DNA from: an archaeon
Lineage (GTDB): Archaea; Nanobdellota; Nanobdellia; Woesearchaeales; ARS49
DNA length: 58,574 nucleotides
Reading direction: 5' to 3'
Assembly (NCBI GenBank): GCA_020051845.1
Contig: JAGVQG010000017.1
Coordinates: forward strand, 1-58,574
The translations under genes were made by a program, and so were the position numbers. Within the stretch, counting starts at the first letter, position 1, and each line of letters begins with the position of its first letter. The notes beneath the pieces were generated by a model. The model was given only the letters and a program-made list of their open reading frames with translations, ran no database searches and was not told the origin of the DNA. Shown in pieces: positions 24,501-34,120 of the stretch.

Positions 24501-27076
24501 AAAGGCTTGAGCAGCCACACCTTAGCCGGTGGACCGCTCATAGACAACTGCGTGTCCTGCGGAGCGAAAAGGCCGCAGTTGGTGCCGAAAATCACCCACT
24601 CTGTCAATGTGAGCTGCTTGATCGTCACTGGCTCGCTCGCATTGACGCCCATCGTGATGCCAGACTCATTCGTCTTTGTCCCATCCTTCGGGATAAGCGT
24701 CAGCGACGGAGCGACTGTATCGACGTTGATCGTGATGGGCTGGGGATTGTCCAATGTCGCGCCCTTCGCGTTGGCCGCGTCGAAACCCAAGGTGTAGATG
24801 CCGTCAGGCAAAGGCGCGCTCGGTGATATGGAATAGCTCGTCGCCGAAGCAGTGACGGCAGGATCGGGCGACACCACAAGGCTCACGCCACCCGACGGAC
24901 CGCTCATCGCGGCCTTGGTCAACTTCACAGGCGAGACGAACGTGACAATGATCTTGAGTTGAGGAGCGCCGGACCTGCCACTGCCTGCGTTGGTGTACCA
25001 GGGGCCCTTATCCGGATACTGGGTTCCTGGCGAGACATTGATGCCCTTGATCGTCGGACCAAGGCAGCCCTCGCAGATCAGCAACGGGATGGTCCTGACA
25101 ACCTCCACATTGTAGCTCGGATCCTCGGTATAGTAACGAAGTTCATACTGGCCCTCGGTGAGATTGAATAATGTCGTGTCATCCTGGGCAGGATCATCGA
25201 CCACACCATCACCCATGCAAAGCAGGTTGTAGCCGGTCGACTTCCAACCGCTCTTGTCATCACGCACGCGGGCGTCTGTGCAATCCGTCGTGTCGCCCTT
25301 CGGACGCACGCAATACCACGTCAAATAATTATCCTTGAACATCGAACCGTCGCCGCACTCGATCTGCGCGGACTGATCCAAAGGCTTGCCCTGAACCGCG
25401 ACAGGCGACGCAGGAAGCACGCCGGAAATCTTGTCGACAAGGCGCGCCACTATGAAACTCGTCACGCCAGACTTGGTCTTCGACGTCAAAGCCGTCTGCG
25501 GCGGGTAGTAATCCTGCTCGCAGGCCTTCTGCAAAAGCGCCGTGCTCGCGCCAAGGCAATCCGCAAAGGTCGCACCATTCGGCCTGCCGTCCGCGTTCTT
25601 GTGACATGCGCCGTTTATCCAGTCGCACACAGGGATCTTGCAGATGTTGGACGTGCTCATCCTTGAAAGTGAATTGTCGGCGTTGATCGCGATGCCGCCC
25701 GCAGGACCGCCGCAATCAGGCTCCTTCGGGAAGATAGAACAATCAGCCTCGGCACAGCTCTTCGCGCTATCCAGCTCAGGGGTAGGACCTGGCACGAAGA
25801 AGCACATGTTGTCCTGGGTCGAGAGAGCTGACGCGACCTCGGGCGAGCATTTGTTGAACACATCATTGTAGGCGTCCTTGTTGGGCGCATTCTTGCTACC
25901 AGCCATGTTGCAAAGCGCGCAATTGCTCGACGTGGAATCCTTGCAGACGCCTACACCGAGACCCTCAAGACCAGGCACAGGGGACCAGGCACAGGTGCCC
26001 TTCAGACCGCATGGGTTCTTTCCGCACACGCGGCTCGACTTGTAATCATAGCACACCATCGACCCGTCGCACTTGTAGCATTCATCGCCAGAAGCTGATC
26101 CGCGGTCGAGGAAGCAATAGGTCGGAGTATCGACAGGACCCTCACAATTCTGTTCGTTGATGTTCAAGCCGAAGACGTCGCTCGACGCGGGCTTGCATTC
26201 GGAAGGCACGATGCATTTCACCGCCTCTGCGCCGCGCTTGAAACACTGTTTGTCAGGAGGACACTGCAAACCCTTGACCACGATGTTGAACGGATTGCAC
26301 GATATCGCGCCATTAAGCCTGTCGGAGAAAGCCAACTTCACGGCAGAATCATAGTCCTTGTTGAAAGTCACATCCTTGCCATAGGAATCCTTGTAGCCCT
26401 TGTCGACCAAGTAATTCTTGCGCTTGTCGTTGTCGAAATGCGCGGGCGAGAGGCAGAACTCCTGCTCGTCGAAGACATCAAGGCACTCGATGTCACCAAG
26501 CATGCCCTGGCCAGACACATCATTCGACCAGCCCTGGATGTAATGCGCCTTGACCTTGTAGATGTACTTCGTCTTCCAAAGCACGATCCTCTTGCCAGCA
26601 GTATCAAGACCAGAATCCTCAAAGTAAGAGTTAGTGGTATCGCCGATCTCCAAACAGTTGCTTCCTGCGATATCACAACGCGTGACACGCACATAATCAG
26701 GAGAACAGCTCGCGTCACCGGGTGACCACTCGATGCGCATGATGTCCTTGCCCTTGACGCCACGCACGCGCACGTCCTTGACATCGGGCTTTCCTGCCGC
26801 ACAGGCAGGAAGCGTGGGAGATATCGACTGGCAAAGCGTGATGCAGTCATCGCCGATCTTCTCCGGCGTGGCTATGTCAGGATAATTCACGCAGTCGCCG
26901 GTGCCGCACTCGCCAGCAGGCCTGAAAGCGTCGCTGCACGCCGAGCTCGACTGAGCATTGCAGCAGCAGACAGGACCATCAGTGGTCTGCGCAGACGCAG
27001 GAACGACGAGGAGCGCGACAAGCGCGATCACCAGCAGGAAGCCGAGCTCAATTGAGCGGCAAGAGCGACTTGGCAA
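21506..27076 (-). CDS. giant (1856 aa) Cys-rich type-I membrane surface protein / putative adhesin
   Basis: TTG start 7 nt after GGAGGTG, with no in-frame ATG before the signal peptide ([22 protein letters not shown]). FN3/Ig-like segments with D-x-T/V-A-P linkers ([23 protein letters not shown]). Three Cys modules, Asp-rich TSP3-like repeats, [25 protein letters not shown] and a 221-aa Lys/Glu-rich tail. Confidence 0.85.
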   Translation of the reverse strand: MPSRSCRSIELGFLLVIALVALLVVPASAQTTDGPVCCCNAQSSSACSDAFRPAGECGTGDCVNYPDIATPEKIGDDCITLCQSISPTLPACAAGKPDVKDVRVRGVKGKDIMRIEWSPGDASCSPDYVRVTRCDIAGSNCLEIGDTTNSYFEDSGLDTAGKRIVLWKTKYIYKVKAHYIQGWSNDVSGQGMLGDIECLDVFDEQEFCLSPAHFDNDKRKNYLVDKGYKDSYGKDVTFNKDYDSAVKLAFSDRLNGAISCNPFNIVVKGLQCPPDKQCFKRGAEAVKCIVPSECKPASSDVFGLNINEQNCEGPVDTPTYCFLDRGSASGDECYKCDGSMVCYDYKSSRVCGKNPCGLKGTCAWSPVPGLEGLGVGVCKDSTSSNCALCNMAGSKNAPNKDAYNDVFNKCSPEVASALSTQDNMCFFVPGPTPELDSAKSCAEADCSIFPKEPDCGGPAGGIAINADNSLSRMSTSNICKIPVCDWINGACHKNADGRPNGATFADCLGASTALLQKACEQDYYPPQTALTSKTKSGVTSFIVARLVDKISGVLPASPVAVQGKPLDQSAQIECGDGSMFKDNYLTWYCVRPKGDTTDCTDARVRDDKSGWKSTGYNLLCMGDGVVDDPAQDDTTLFNLTEGQYELRYYTEDPSYNVEVVRTIPLLICEGCLGPTIKGINVSPGTQYPDKGPWYTNAGSGRSGAPQLKIIVTFVSPVKLTKAAMSGPSGGVSLVVSPDPAVTASATSYSISPSAPLPDGIYTLGFDAANAKGATLDNPQPITINVDTVAPSLTLIPKDGTKTNESGITMGVNASEPVTIKQLTLTEWVIFGTNCGLFAPQDTQLSMSGPPAKVWLLKPLTLQGGRKMLSAKAMDLAGNEGYGSSKFSTSAGSPFVGLKQPRFGVSSKISPFDVIFETSEPSNCRFSDLPTGASLPFNGLYTTTKSADGFEHLKKDYDGIKEDAGTKTIFIWCKDDDSGNSVQKQCSLKVDLTAPQLVLVTTNPNPITQTTDGQLVTKLEVQGDENIFCKYREIDSPSQVNVSGKAAQDFYATFTNEFPNFNLSPTVSQNVYVNVSVAVLKKVNQTQWYAVACFNEALLGPVFGATSVSMDLNQTLTVVSRTKSAFSNTTVDIGVETNKKATCVAGVNYDPMASADGIGHTRRFVNRTLGPNAIDVTCTAVIDVGGIQEAQTAKITVLFVIDNTAPYMVKVSDDGPLSEDKEISYFPDKLQAEWQGKDDETAVTAYFYTVKDKTGGKVIVDCMNGTNSSNSNCEGRLPNSGKFYLTKDQLGRNLNLTEGASYFFTVKPQNEGGMVGPANDSNGVTINLSKLPSHCKNKALELFTETDIDCGAECMECDDNKLCKVNTDCKSRNCKKTGNVSRCAPVGCADGTRNGNETDVDCGSSCSTKCDIGKACLVSADCKSNTCINNICVQSNPCFNSVHDGTESDVDCGGACSSKCIEGQACLIDADCAQGLVCGANVCRKCEPGDASCGVEGDRDADGVPDGTDKCPGTAKGAEVDADGCSIDQRHSCGDDIPDSWRFKNGFVGGGDKIECSGDAAADADPDGDGLTNMQEWQAGTDPNNADTDLDGYNDGVEVEAGTDPLDPASHPTSWLWLWILLIVLLALLVGGYFGYKEYQKRHPERFKKTAKEGGLSTNLMQRLQEARARIAQRIGQQQKRTVAGTPGAGSKKQDDYVSLDSLKAPEKEEFSKLKELERRIAEDGKGQHMHVKGPLGEKGAIGKLAAEFGMNKPGSKVDENKVETKEDVLANLGNIALSQLSAKDRKDLLRKLRLLRLGKLSSKDAEELFKKLRITAKYYSQHKDQLEHEVEAYATGKSMAQVKLNKIIQKPKGGKK
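22241..22600 (-). repeat. Asp-rich thrombospondin-type-3-like (Ca-binding) repeats encoded just outside the TM segment
   Basis: [61 protein letters not shown]. Confidence 0.6.
22601..23077 (-). repeat. three tandem ~45-50 aa Cys-rich modules (protein-level repeat)
   Basis: [31 protein letters not shown] / [32 protein letters not shown] / [33 protein letters not shown]. Confidence 0.7.
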
Positions 27077-28442
27077 AGATCTCCACCTCCTGGTCGTCGA
27101 TGTTATGTGGAACGTAAATCTCCTTCTCTTCTGCCATTATGTAAACGGAAACCTTCTGGAGAGCGCTCTTCTCAGACGGGCTGAACTTGTGCTTGTCTCC
27201 ACCAGCGACAAGATCCGTGCCGCCAGCGCGCATCGTCATGAAAACTTCATCCTCATCAGGATCGAAGGAGACAATCTCTCCCAGACTTGAATTTGCGGCA
27301 TAGTTTGTAGGAGGCCACACGCCACCTTTTGGATGAGGAACTGTGCCATCGCAATCATCAACATTGAAAACCAAATGGTCGCCTTCCCTAGTGACGTTCG
27401 CCGCGTAACCACTCTGTAACGCGCAGAGCTGGATTTGAAGCGTGGTAGGGTTCGGAATGTACGACAAAGCAGGAGGCCTGTTGTGACGCATCACACGGAA
27501 CTCGTACGGATTGCCATCTATCTTGCTCGCCGCGTCCGTGAAAACGAGCAAATCATCGCCTGCAATGTTGTCCGACGCGTTGCGGACGATGCTGACATGG
27601 ATGGCATCACCGAAATAGGTCAAAGGATCATATGTTATGTCGGTCGCGTCAGCGTCGATGACCTGCTTGGTGACATTATGCACCTTCTTGAGACGCACAG
27701 GCATCTTCGCGGTGAAAGTAGGCAATGCTGTCTCGCCAGAACCGTCCTTCATCTTGACGACCAAAGACGCGTTGAGAATGAAAGTCGTGTCCTCGTCATT
27801 GAGCATGACCTGGACAACCGAGTGCGGCGGCGTTATGTCGACCTGGACGAACTTGGACCAGTCGAGGCAGCTGTCGACGTTCTTCTGTACAGCGGCGACA
27901 AGCTGGCTCTCCATCGAAGGCTGGGCAGGCTGCAGAGTCGTGCCGTTAAGGACAGGCAACCGGTTGATGCCATAGTAACCCTTGTAGGTACGACCGGAAG
28001 AACAACCCGGAGCGGCAGGGATCGGCTCCATCGATTCTTTGCAGAATGGAAAACTCTTCCAAGGATAGGTCGGCACGTACGATGAATACAAACCCTCACC
28101 CTCTGGAGCGTAGAGCCCGTACCACACATCGAAATCATCGTAATTGAGAGAGTTCACACCAGATATGAGATCGCCGCGCGGAGTAAGGCCGCCCTGATTC
28201 TCGGAATAAAGGACACCACCCTGCATGCCGATCTGCTTGACAGCGTCATTGGCAGCGGCCTTCAGGCAGCCGGTCACATATTCCCTGATAGGTTGAACGA
28301 TCTCCCGAGAGAGCTGAACGCCCTTGACAGCGTCTGTCTGGCGAGTCTCGGATTCCGAATTGACGATATAGTACCCCACTCCTGTCATGATTACCACAAC
28401 CAGCCCTACGATGATCATCAACGAGAGTTGTCCTTGCTTCAT
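27048..28442 (-). CDS. prepilin-like large protein, 464 aa
   Basis: [29 protein letters not shown] overlap with the upstream gene. Its 3' end overlaps the TTG start of the giant gene by 29 nt. Confidence 0.7.
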   Translation of the reverse strand: MKQGQLSLMIIVGLVVVIMTGVGYYIVNSESETRQTDAVKGVQLSREIVQPIREYVTGCLKAAANDAVKQIGMQGGVLYSENQGGLTPRGDLISGVNSLNYDDFDVWYGLYAPEGEGLYSSYVPTYPWKSFPFCKESMEPIPAAPGCSSGRTYKGYYGINRLPVLNGTTLQPAQPSMESQLVAAVQKNVDSCLDWSKFVQVDITPPHSVVQVMLNDEDTTFILNASLVVKMKDGSGETALPTFTAKMPVRLKKVHNVTKQVIDADATDITYDPLTYFGDAIHVSIVRNASDNIAGDDLLVFTDAASKIDGNPYEFRVMRHNRPPALSYIPNPTTLQIQLCALQSGYAANVTREGDHLVFNVDDCDGTVPHPKGGVWPPTNYAANSSLGEIVSFDPDEDEVFMTMRAGGTDLVAGGDKHKFSPSEKSALQKVSVYIMAEEKEIYVPHNIDDQEVEIFAKSLLPLN

Positions 28443-29962
28443 GGCCGCAGCTTCGCCGTGAGATCGCGCCAGGCGCCAATTATCGTTGTCTGGTCTGCGT
28501 TACGGAGCTGCGTGATAATTACATCCGATGACTGACCGGGCGGCGTGCAGGTCAGATCCTTGGTGTTGCTGGTGATGAAACCGCAGATGTTGAAAGTGGC
28601 GCCTGCGTAGTGCACGCCAATGACATCCTTGAAGTCATCCGCGGGTTGCTGCTTCTTCGTGTCATTCAATGGCTGCACTGCGAGATGATACTCTATCACT
28701 CCCCAGAGCTCCTTGCCTGCGTTCTGCGCAGCGTAGAATACATTGATGTTGTTCCTTTTACCGAAGAACGCGAAATCCTCACCACTCGTACCTGGAGCGG
28801 GCTCCCTTGCCTGGATTATGACATCCTTCTGCTTGAGAAGCTGCTGGTTAAGCGCATCCATGGCAGAGCCGCTGGCAGGAGTGACACCCTGCGAGTACAG
28901 GACGATGTTAAGGTCCTTGTTGTAGTAGATGTTCGTGCTGACACCCTGCGAGCATTTGGTGAACGTGTCAGAACCGCCGACCACATTGTCGCAGACGGTC
29001 TTCAAAAGATTCTTGTCGATGACCTTGATGAATGTGTTGTCGTCATTGATATTGTTGTTGAGCGAGGTACCGACAAGAGAGACGCCACCGACGCGCAACA
29101 GGCAGACGTTGTTGTGGCAGGAACCGGTCTTTCCGCCCGATGTCATCTTGCAATCGTTTATGACTGCCGGGCTGTCCTGGCCGAACACGCTGTCTATCGT
29201 GTCGCAGAATATCGAATACGGCTGACCTGCGAAAGACTGTTCTTTTATACGCAGCATAAGCAACGCGATGAATTTGGTCCTTGTCGTCCAAGTGCCGGTC
29301 TCATCGCACAGGTGGTCTCCGATGAACTGCCGCGACTTGATGCACGCGGGCGGAGTGGTGCTGTACTTCTCAGGCATGTCATTGTTCTGGATGTTCTGCA
29401 CGCCTGACGTCGGGAAGACAAGACCTGGCTTCACGACACAACGCTTGACAGTGTCTGTCTCAGGGCAATAGCCAAGATAGTCGTTGTCCCAGGTGGTCTT
29501 CGGAATCAATGCCTTCCAATCACCGTCGATGCAACGATAACCCTTGCCGCCAGCCATCACAGTGGAAGATTTCGGATCATTATACGCCGTGTCAAGGCTC
29601 TGGTTGCTTATGATATCGGTGCCGTTCCAGCAAGTGCCCACATCACAGCAACTGGCCTGCATGCCTTCCGGCGCCGGTGGAATGGTGAAACCCACTGGCG
29701 CTGAACATTCGTGCATGACCGGCTTCGTGGTCTTTTCCCACATCACCCAATTACCATTGGGCGAGCACCAGTAAGCGTTGCCTGACGTGCTCGAAGTGCT
29801 CGCGCCAGAACCAGAAATTGACGTAGGACCAAGAACGTCGCACTTGCTCTTGCCGACCACCAAAGGCCCGCCAGGCTTGGTGGGATCGGTCTCGGCTGCT
29901 ATTACGGCGACCGCAAGAACCGCAATGATTGACAAAACCAGGAGCGCTTTGGAGATTCTCAT
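28439..29962 (-). CDS. secreted Cys-rich protein, about 507 aa
   Basis: The track start is TTG. The ATG at 29960-29962 makes an ATGA overlap with the upstream stop. Sec-type signal MRISKALLVLSIIAVLAVAVIAAETD, with many Cys. Confidence 0.72.
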   Translation of the reverse strand: MRISKALLVLSIIAVLAVAVIAAETDPTKPGGPLVVGKSKCDVLGPTSISGSGASTSSTSGNAYWCSPNGNWVMWEKTTKPVMHECSAPVGFTIPPAPEGMQASCCDVGTCWNGTDIISNQSLDTAYNDPKSSTVMAGGKGYRCIDGDWKALIPKTTWDNDYLGYCPETDTVKRCVVKPGLVFPTSGVQNIQNNDMPEKYSTTPPACIKSRQFIGDHLCDETGTWTTRTKFIALLMLRIKEQSFAGQPYSIFCDTIDSVFGQDSPAVINDCKMTSGGKTGSCHNNVCLLRVGGVSLVGTSLNNNINDDNTFIKVIDKNLLKTVCDNVVGGSDTFTKCSQGVSTNIYYNKDLNIVLYSQGVTPASGSAMDALNQQLLKQKDVIIQAREPAPGTSGEDFAFFGKRNNINVFYAAQNAGKELWGVIEYHLAVQPLNDTKKQQPADDFKDVIGVHYAGATFNICGFITSNTKDLTCTPPGQSSDVIITQLRNADQTTIIGAWRDLTAKLRP

Positions 29963-32913
29963 TTTGTAGGTGCCACCTTCCAAACATAACCCATCGGTTG
30001 TAGCCTACCATCGCCCACAACCTGCTGACCCTCACAGGCAGGATCCGTGCTATCATAGTGATCCTTGCCATCCACAGTCACACAACTGTACAACGCGACA
30101 GCAGCGCCGCCAATCTCAGGCGTGGCACTGGCCAGCAAGTAACCAAGCGTGGTGCGCTTGGGCTTGTCTGCTTGCAGCGAATCAGCCACATTGGTGGTTG
30201 TCATGTAATCATTCACGCTGTCCTTGACGAAAACAGAGTAAAGCGTCTTGCCCGCCAGTGTCGTACCGCCAACCTTGGCAGCCTTCGGAATGTACCACTT
30301 CGCCTCTTCAGTGAAACCCGTCTTGCATGGCGTCGTCGTGGTCCTGTGGTCATAACTGGTACTGAAACACCTGTACAGCGTAGCGACGCCGGTCATCGGC
30401 TTGCCCGTGCCTGCTGCTGTAGCTGTACCCATCTTGTCAGGCTTTGTGGGCGTCTTGCATTTTATGCACTCTATTTTTACCTCGATTGCACTCTTAATGC
30501 TAGTTTTGGTAATGCCTTCTGTCGGAGGCAATGCCTGCGCGCCACAAGAGCATGCAGGAACCTTCTTCAACATGTCGATGACACTGCCCGTGCCACCAAT
30601 TTTCCAAAGTTCACTTGACTGAGTGGTCGTCGCCTTCGCAGACAGATATTCATTGCCAGTCATCCAGTTATAGCACTTCACATAATCGAATATCGCCTTT
30701 GCGGCCTTGTCCTTTGGAGCGACTCCATTGAACACCTTCTTGTCGACGATACGGAAGCATTTCTTGTTAGCAGTGGGCTTTAGCTTACCCTCCTTATCAT
30801 AGCAGGACTTGAGCTTTGGATCATCCGTGGCAGGAAGCAATACCGTTTCGAGGTCCTTGGCGTTATCACCAAGATCATCGGGCCTGATAGCAGCATAGCA
30901 TCCTGTCTTCTGCACCTTCAATACCGCTTTAAAGTAGGCTGTAACAGAACCATCATCATTATTCTTGACGCACGTGTCGACTGAACAATTCGGGGTGAGT
31001 GGGTTAATGTCGGCGCATTTCTTGCCATTCTTCAATTCAGTATTGATGAGCTCATAACGAGTATTAGGATCAGTAGCTGGCGCAGTACCACACTTATACT
31101 TGGGCAGCACACGCGCGCAATGCGCCTCGACTTTCTCTGACTCGACGCAGGACCTGCCTGTGGGACAGGCTGTCGCGATTGGATTGCACTTCCCATCATA
31201 TTCTACAAATCCTGTCTTATCGGCGTTGCACGTCGCCTTGCCCGGTATGCACCAGGTCCTGCTCAGAACAGTATTACCTGCCATGTTGCAGCCGTAGAAA
31301 GTGCCGTTGTAGTTCATGATCGAACGGTTTGTGAGCGTGCCACCGGCGTTAATGAAGAGCTTGTCATAGGGAATGCGCTCGCCGACGAAGCGCCAGATGG
31401 CAGCCGCTGTCGATGACGCCGGGTTCTGGGTGCCGACACCCTGTATGGGCGTGCTGTTCCAGCAACCTGCAGGAGGCACCAAAGCCTTCCATTCAATCTT
31501 TTGACTGTCTGGATTTAGGAAGGTCAACGCAGGCTCGTTGTAATACTGGCCTGGCCTGAAACCGCAACAATGCGTTCCTGTCCATTGTATCTTCGGGTCG
31601 GAATTAGACGCGGCTTCGCACGTCTCCTGATCATCGATATCAGACATCCACGCGCCGCTCTCTGTGCAGAAGTATTCGGTCTCGCCGTCTTCTGAAGAGT
31701 TGACTGTCTCGCCTGTTTTGTATGTCTTCTTGAAACCAGCATCACCGCCGATGGTGGCAATAGTCGTCCAAGCCTTCTTGGGATCCCCACCATAGCATTC
31801 CACGGCCGCAACAGCGGGCGGGTTCGCCAGTGGGTTGGCCATCGCGCAAGCGAAACCATGCATCACGGGCTTGGCACCGGTCGCCTGGTAAGCGGAGAAA
31901 TCCTCAGATTTGGCGTTTGCCGCCATCTCTATCTCAAGCTTCTGAGGATCGCCTGTCGCGCCCTCGAAGTCAACCAGTGAAGGACCGCAATAGCGGGGAC
32001 CGGCATCGGTGTAGACCGCAGTGCCTTCCCATTTCTTCTCGCCGTCGATGAATTTCACATTTGCCACGTTGCCCATCTCTTTCTTTGTCAGCCATTGCCA
32101 CTTGCCACTCGCATCCACAATGCACATCGCCTCGAAGTCCTTCGTGCGGTCATCCGGATGATCAGAATCAACTGCAGTGACGACATTCATGAAGTCGCCG
32201 CCTGCCTGAGGATCGTTGCCGCAGCACCTGAATTCGAGATCTTCATCAGTGGTGTTTATCCAAGCGCCATTATTGTTCGTGCAGACGTTCGGGACACTGT
32301 CGGAATCATTCATGAAATCATACTCGTATGAGACGTGGAAACAAGACTGTGTAGAAATGGTCGTCTTGTCGTTGAAGAATGATATCGTGTTAGGACCGGA
32401 TTGGGTTATCAACGGCTTTTTGGTCACTGGATCGACAAGAGGGAAGTTGACAGCTGCTGGCTCTTTAGACGCGCCTGTCACAGAACCCAATGGAATAGTA
32501 CCCCACAATAAAGTGAGTTTGCCAGAACCAGATACGACCAAGTCTATCTTGGCATCGACATTCTGGGGCTCGCCCTTTTTCTTCTCATCTGTCGGGACCT
32601 CATAAGCAGGGAGAGGAATGCTGAAATCACCACCGGATATGCAACCACAGGCCAACTTCTTCTTGCATGCAGTCAATGACCTGCCTTGATCGGCAAGCTG
32701 GCTCGCGTAAGATTCAGGATTCTTCCATTCGACAGGACCCCAATAGCCGCAAACGAAATGCGTGCCTTTACCATCAGCCAAATCAGACCCTGTGCAACCG
32801 GCTTTCAGGTTCTCAATCCCACTACCAACCTTTTGCGCATCCTTAGCAATAACACCAAAAGACAGCACTATCAGGGCAAGAACACAGAACAGCACGCGGA
32901 AGCCAATCTTCAT
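29959..32913 (-). CDS. secreted Cys-rich protein, 984 aa, first gene of the operon
   Basis: Signal peptide MKIGFRVLFCVLALIVLSFGVIAKDA. Very Cys-rich with no C-terminal TM. The C-terminus carries three LY...DH...GY repeats. Confidence 0.8.
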   Translation of the reverse strand: MKIGFRVLFCVLALIVLSFGVIAKDAQKVGSGIENLKAGCTGSDLADGKGTHFVCGYWGPVEWKNPESYASQLADQGRSLTACKKKLACGCISGGDFSIPLPAYEVPTDEKKKGEPQNVDAKIDLVVSGSGKLTLLWGTIPLGSVTGASKEPAAVNFPLVDPVTKKPLITQSGPNTISFFNDKTTISTQSCFHVSYEYDFMNDSDSVPNVCTNNNGAWINTTDEDLEFRCCGNDPQAGGDFMNVVTAVDSDHPDDRTKDFEAMCIVDASGKWQWLTKKEMGNVANVKFIDGEKKWEGTAVYTDAGPRYCGPSLVDFEGATGDPQKLEIEMAANAKSEDFSAYQATGAKPVMHGFACAMANPLANPPAVAAVECYGGDPKKAWTTIATIGGDAGFKKTYKTGETVNSSEDGETEYFCTESGAWMSDIDDQETCEAASNSDPKIQWTGTHCCGFRPGQYYNEPALTFLNPDSQKIEWKALVPPAGCWNSTPIQGVGTQNPASSTAAAIWRFVGERIPYDKLFINAGGTLTNRSIMNYNGTFYGCNMAGNTVLSRTWCIPGKATCNADKTGFVEYDGKCNPIATACPTGRSCVESEKVEAHCARVLPKYKCGTAPATDPNTRYELINTELKNGKKCADINPLTPNCSVDTCVKNNDDGSVTAYFKAVLKVQKTGCYAAIRPDDLGDNAKDLETVLLPATDDPKLKSCYDKEGKLKPTANKKCFRIVDKKVFNGVAPKDKAAKAIFDYVKCYNWMTGNEYLSAKATTTQSSELWKIGGTGSVIDMLKKVPACSCGAQALPPTEGITKTSIKSAIEVKIECIKCKTPTKPDKMGTATAAGTGKPMTGVATLYRCFSTSYDHRTTTTPCKTGFTEEAKWYIPKAAKVGGTTLAGKTLYSVFVKDSVNDYMTTTNVADSLQADKPKRTTLGYLLASATPEIGGAAVALYSCVTVDGKDHYDSTDPACEGQQVVGDGRLQPMGYVWKVAPTK
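29962..30393 (-). repeat. three C-terminal LY(R)-x-DH-x-T ... GY(V/L) repeats (DUF5648-type as far as I recall)
   Basis: LYRCFSTSYDHRTTTT...WYI / LYSVFVKDSVNDYMTTT...LGYLL / LYSCVTVDGKDHYDSTD...MGYVW. Confidence 0.5.
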
Positions 32914-32934
32914 ACCCCTTTTTCCTCAACAACC

Positions 32935-32944
32935 GTATATTAAG
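32935..32944 (-). promoter_or_regulatory. TATA box (CTTAATATAC on minus strand) for the giant-adhesin operon
   Basis: About 27 nt upstream of the 32913 ATG. Confidence 0.5.
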
Positions 32945-32962
32945 CAAGACAAGTGAAGAAAG

Positions 32963-32972
32963 CTTTTTATAT
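32963..32972 (+). promoter_or_regulatory. TATA box (CTTTTTATAT) for the divergent 32994 gene
   Basis: About 26 nt upstream of the ATG. Confidence 0.5.
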
Positions 32973-32993
32973 CTTTCTGCGTCCATCTATAAT

Positions 32994-33500
32994 ATGTCGC
33001 ATTCAAAAAGAGGTGTCAATAGATTAAACGTTCTTCTTTTGACCTTCGGGGTGCTGGCCTTGGTCCTGATAGGAATAATGGTTTTCTATACCTGGAAAGC
33101 GCCTGCCGAGAAAAAAGCCGAGCTAAGACGAGAATGCGCGTCCTCATTCGACGACAAAGTATACCACATGACGACGATGCAGCAATGCAATGACGCCAAC
33201 CTGTGGAAGGAAGCCTTGACGAAATGCAAGGCCTGGGTGAGCGGCAACACCGACTACTGCATCGGCCTCGCGCCGACAGACACTTCCTGGTGCAATGCCA
33301 TGGCCACAAAGGACCCTGCGAAGTGCGAAGGCACAGGAAGCGCGGCGAACTACTGCAAAGCGTTCGTGACAAGGAACCCTGCGCTCTGCGACGGCCTGGT
33401 CGGAACAGACTATGAATACTCGTGCGCGGTCACGATCAAAGGCGACTATAAAGCGGTAGACGCCGACGCCGCTGAATTATGCGGTGAGGACACTGTCTAG
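32994..33500 (+). CDS. prepilin-like/anchored protein with Cys-pair repeats, 168 aa
   Basis: MSHSKRG/VNRLNVLLLTFGVLALVLIGIMVF. Repeated C-x(6-10)-C units (KCKAWVSGNTDYC, WCNAMATKDPAKC, YCKAFVTRNPALC). Confidence 0.65.
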   Translation: MSHSKRGVNRLNVLLLTFGVLALVLIGIMVFYTWKAPAEKKAELRRECASSFDDKVYHMTTMQQCNDANLWKEALTKCKAWVSGNTDYCIGLAPTDTSWCNAMATKDPAKCEGTGSAANYCKAFVTRNPALCDGLVGTDYEYSCAVTIKGDYKAVDADAAELCGEDTV

Positions 33501-34069
33501 AATTCTCGGACAAGAGCTGCTGCGGCTTCAGAAGGATGCATGCCAAGCACGATTCCGACGGACTGCATGTCGTGCGGCGACCTCATATCATAGGGAGAAG
33601 CGGCGCATGAAGCGATGACAATCGGCACCTTCATCTTCCTGCACAAAGAGATGTTCTGCATCCAGCGACCCATAAGCTCGGACCTTTCCGCGCCTTCACG
33701 ACGGAGCAATGAGGCCAAAGAAAGGACGACGACAGCCTCCCGATGCGCGAGATCGCGCAACAACGGCTGGTTGAGGCCTGACTCGCGCTGGTGCATCTTG
33801 TCATGGCGCCCGCTCTCGCCAAGACCCAAAAGGACCTTCGGGGCATCAGAACGCTCGAAAACCAGCCTGTCCTTCTCGGAACTGAAGACCGCGATGCCGC
33901 TTTTCCCGTCAGCAGTCCTGACGGACCCTGTGACGACAGCCATGCCCAGGTCAGGCAAAATCTTTGGCTTGCCCTCATAGAGCATCAACAGGCGACCGAT
34001 TCCAAGGACCCTTGCCATCTCGACAATCTCCTTCTCATTGCCATGCGGAAACACTATATCGGTGAACAT
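33497..34069 (-). CDS. rnp3: probable RNase P protein component 3 (Rpp30)
   Basis: Size and C-terminal pattern ...VPIVIASCAASPYDMRSPHDMQSVGIVLGMHPSEAAAAL resemble archaeal Rpp30 (F.TSSA....R.P.D...LG...GM). Judged by eye only. Confidence 0.55.
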   Translation of the reverse strand: MFTDIVFPHGNEKEIVEMARVLGIGRLLMLYEGKPKILPDLGMAVVTGSVRTADGKSGIAVFSSEKDRLVFERSDAPKVLLGLGESGRHDKMHQRESGLNQPLLRDLAHREAVVVLSLASLLRREGAERSELMGRWMQNISLCRKMKVPIVIASCAASPYDMRSPHDMQSVGIVLGMHPSEAAAALVREF

Positions 34070-34120
34070 AGGCTACCGAGCGTGAAAGCATTTAAAAAGG
34101 TTGGGGACGGGCAGAACACA

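Noticed and set aside
21506-32913. Diversity-generating retroelement targeting the giant surface proteins
   Set aside because: The window has no reverse transcriptase gene. I saw no template/variable repeat pair with adenine-specific differences. This cannot be excluded without a computational repeat search.
33791-34120. 110-aa N-terminal extension of the pseudouridine synthase ORF
   Set aside because: It runs antisense through the Rpp30 gene. The S4 domain starts right at the internal ATG at 34121.
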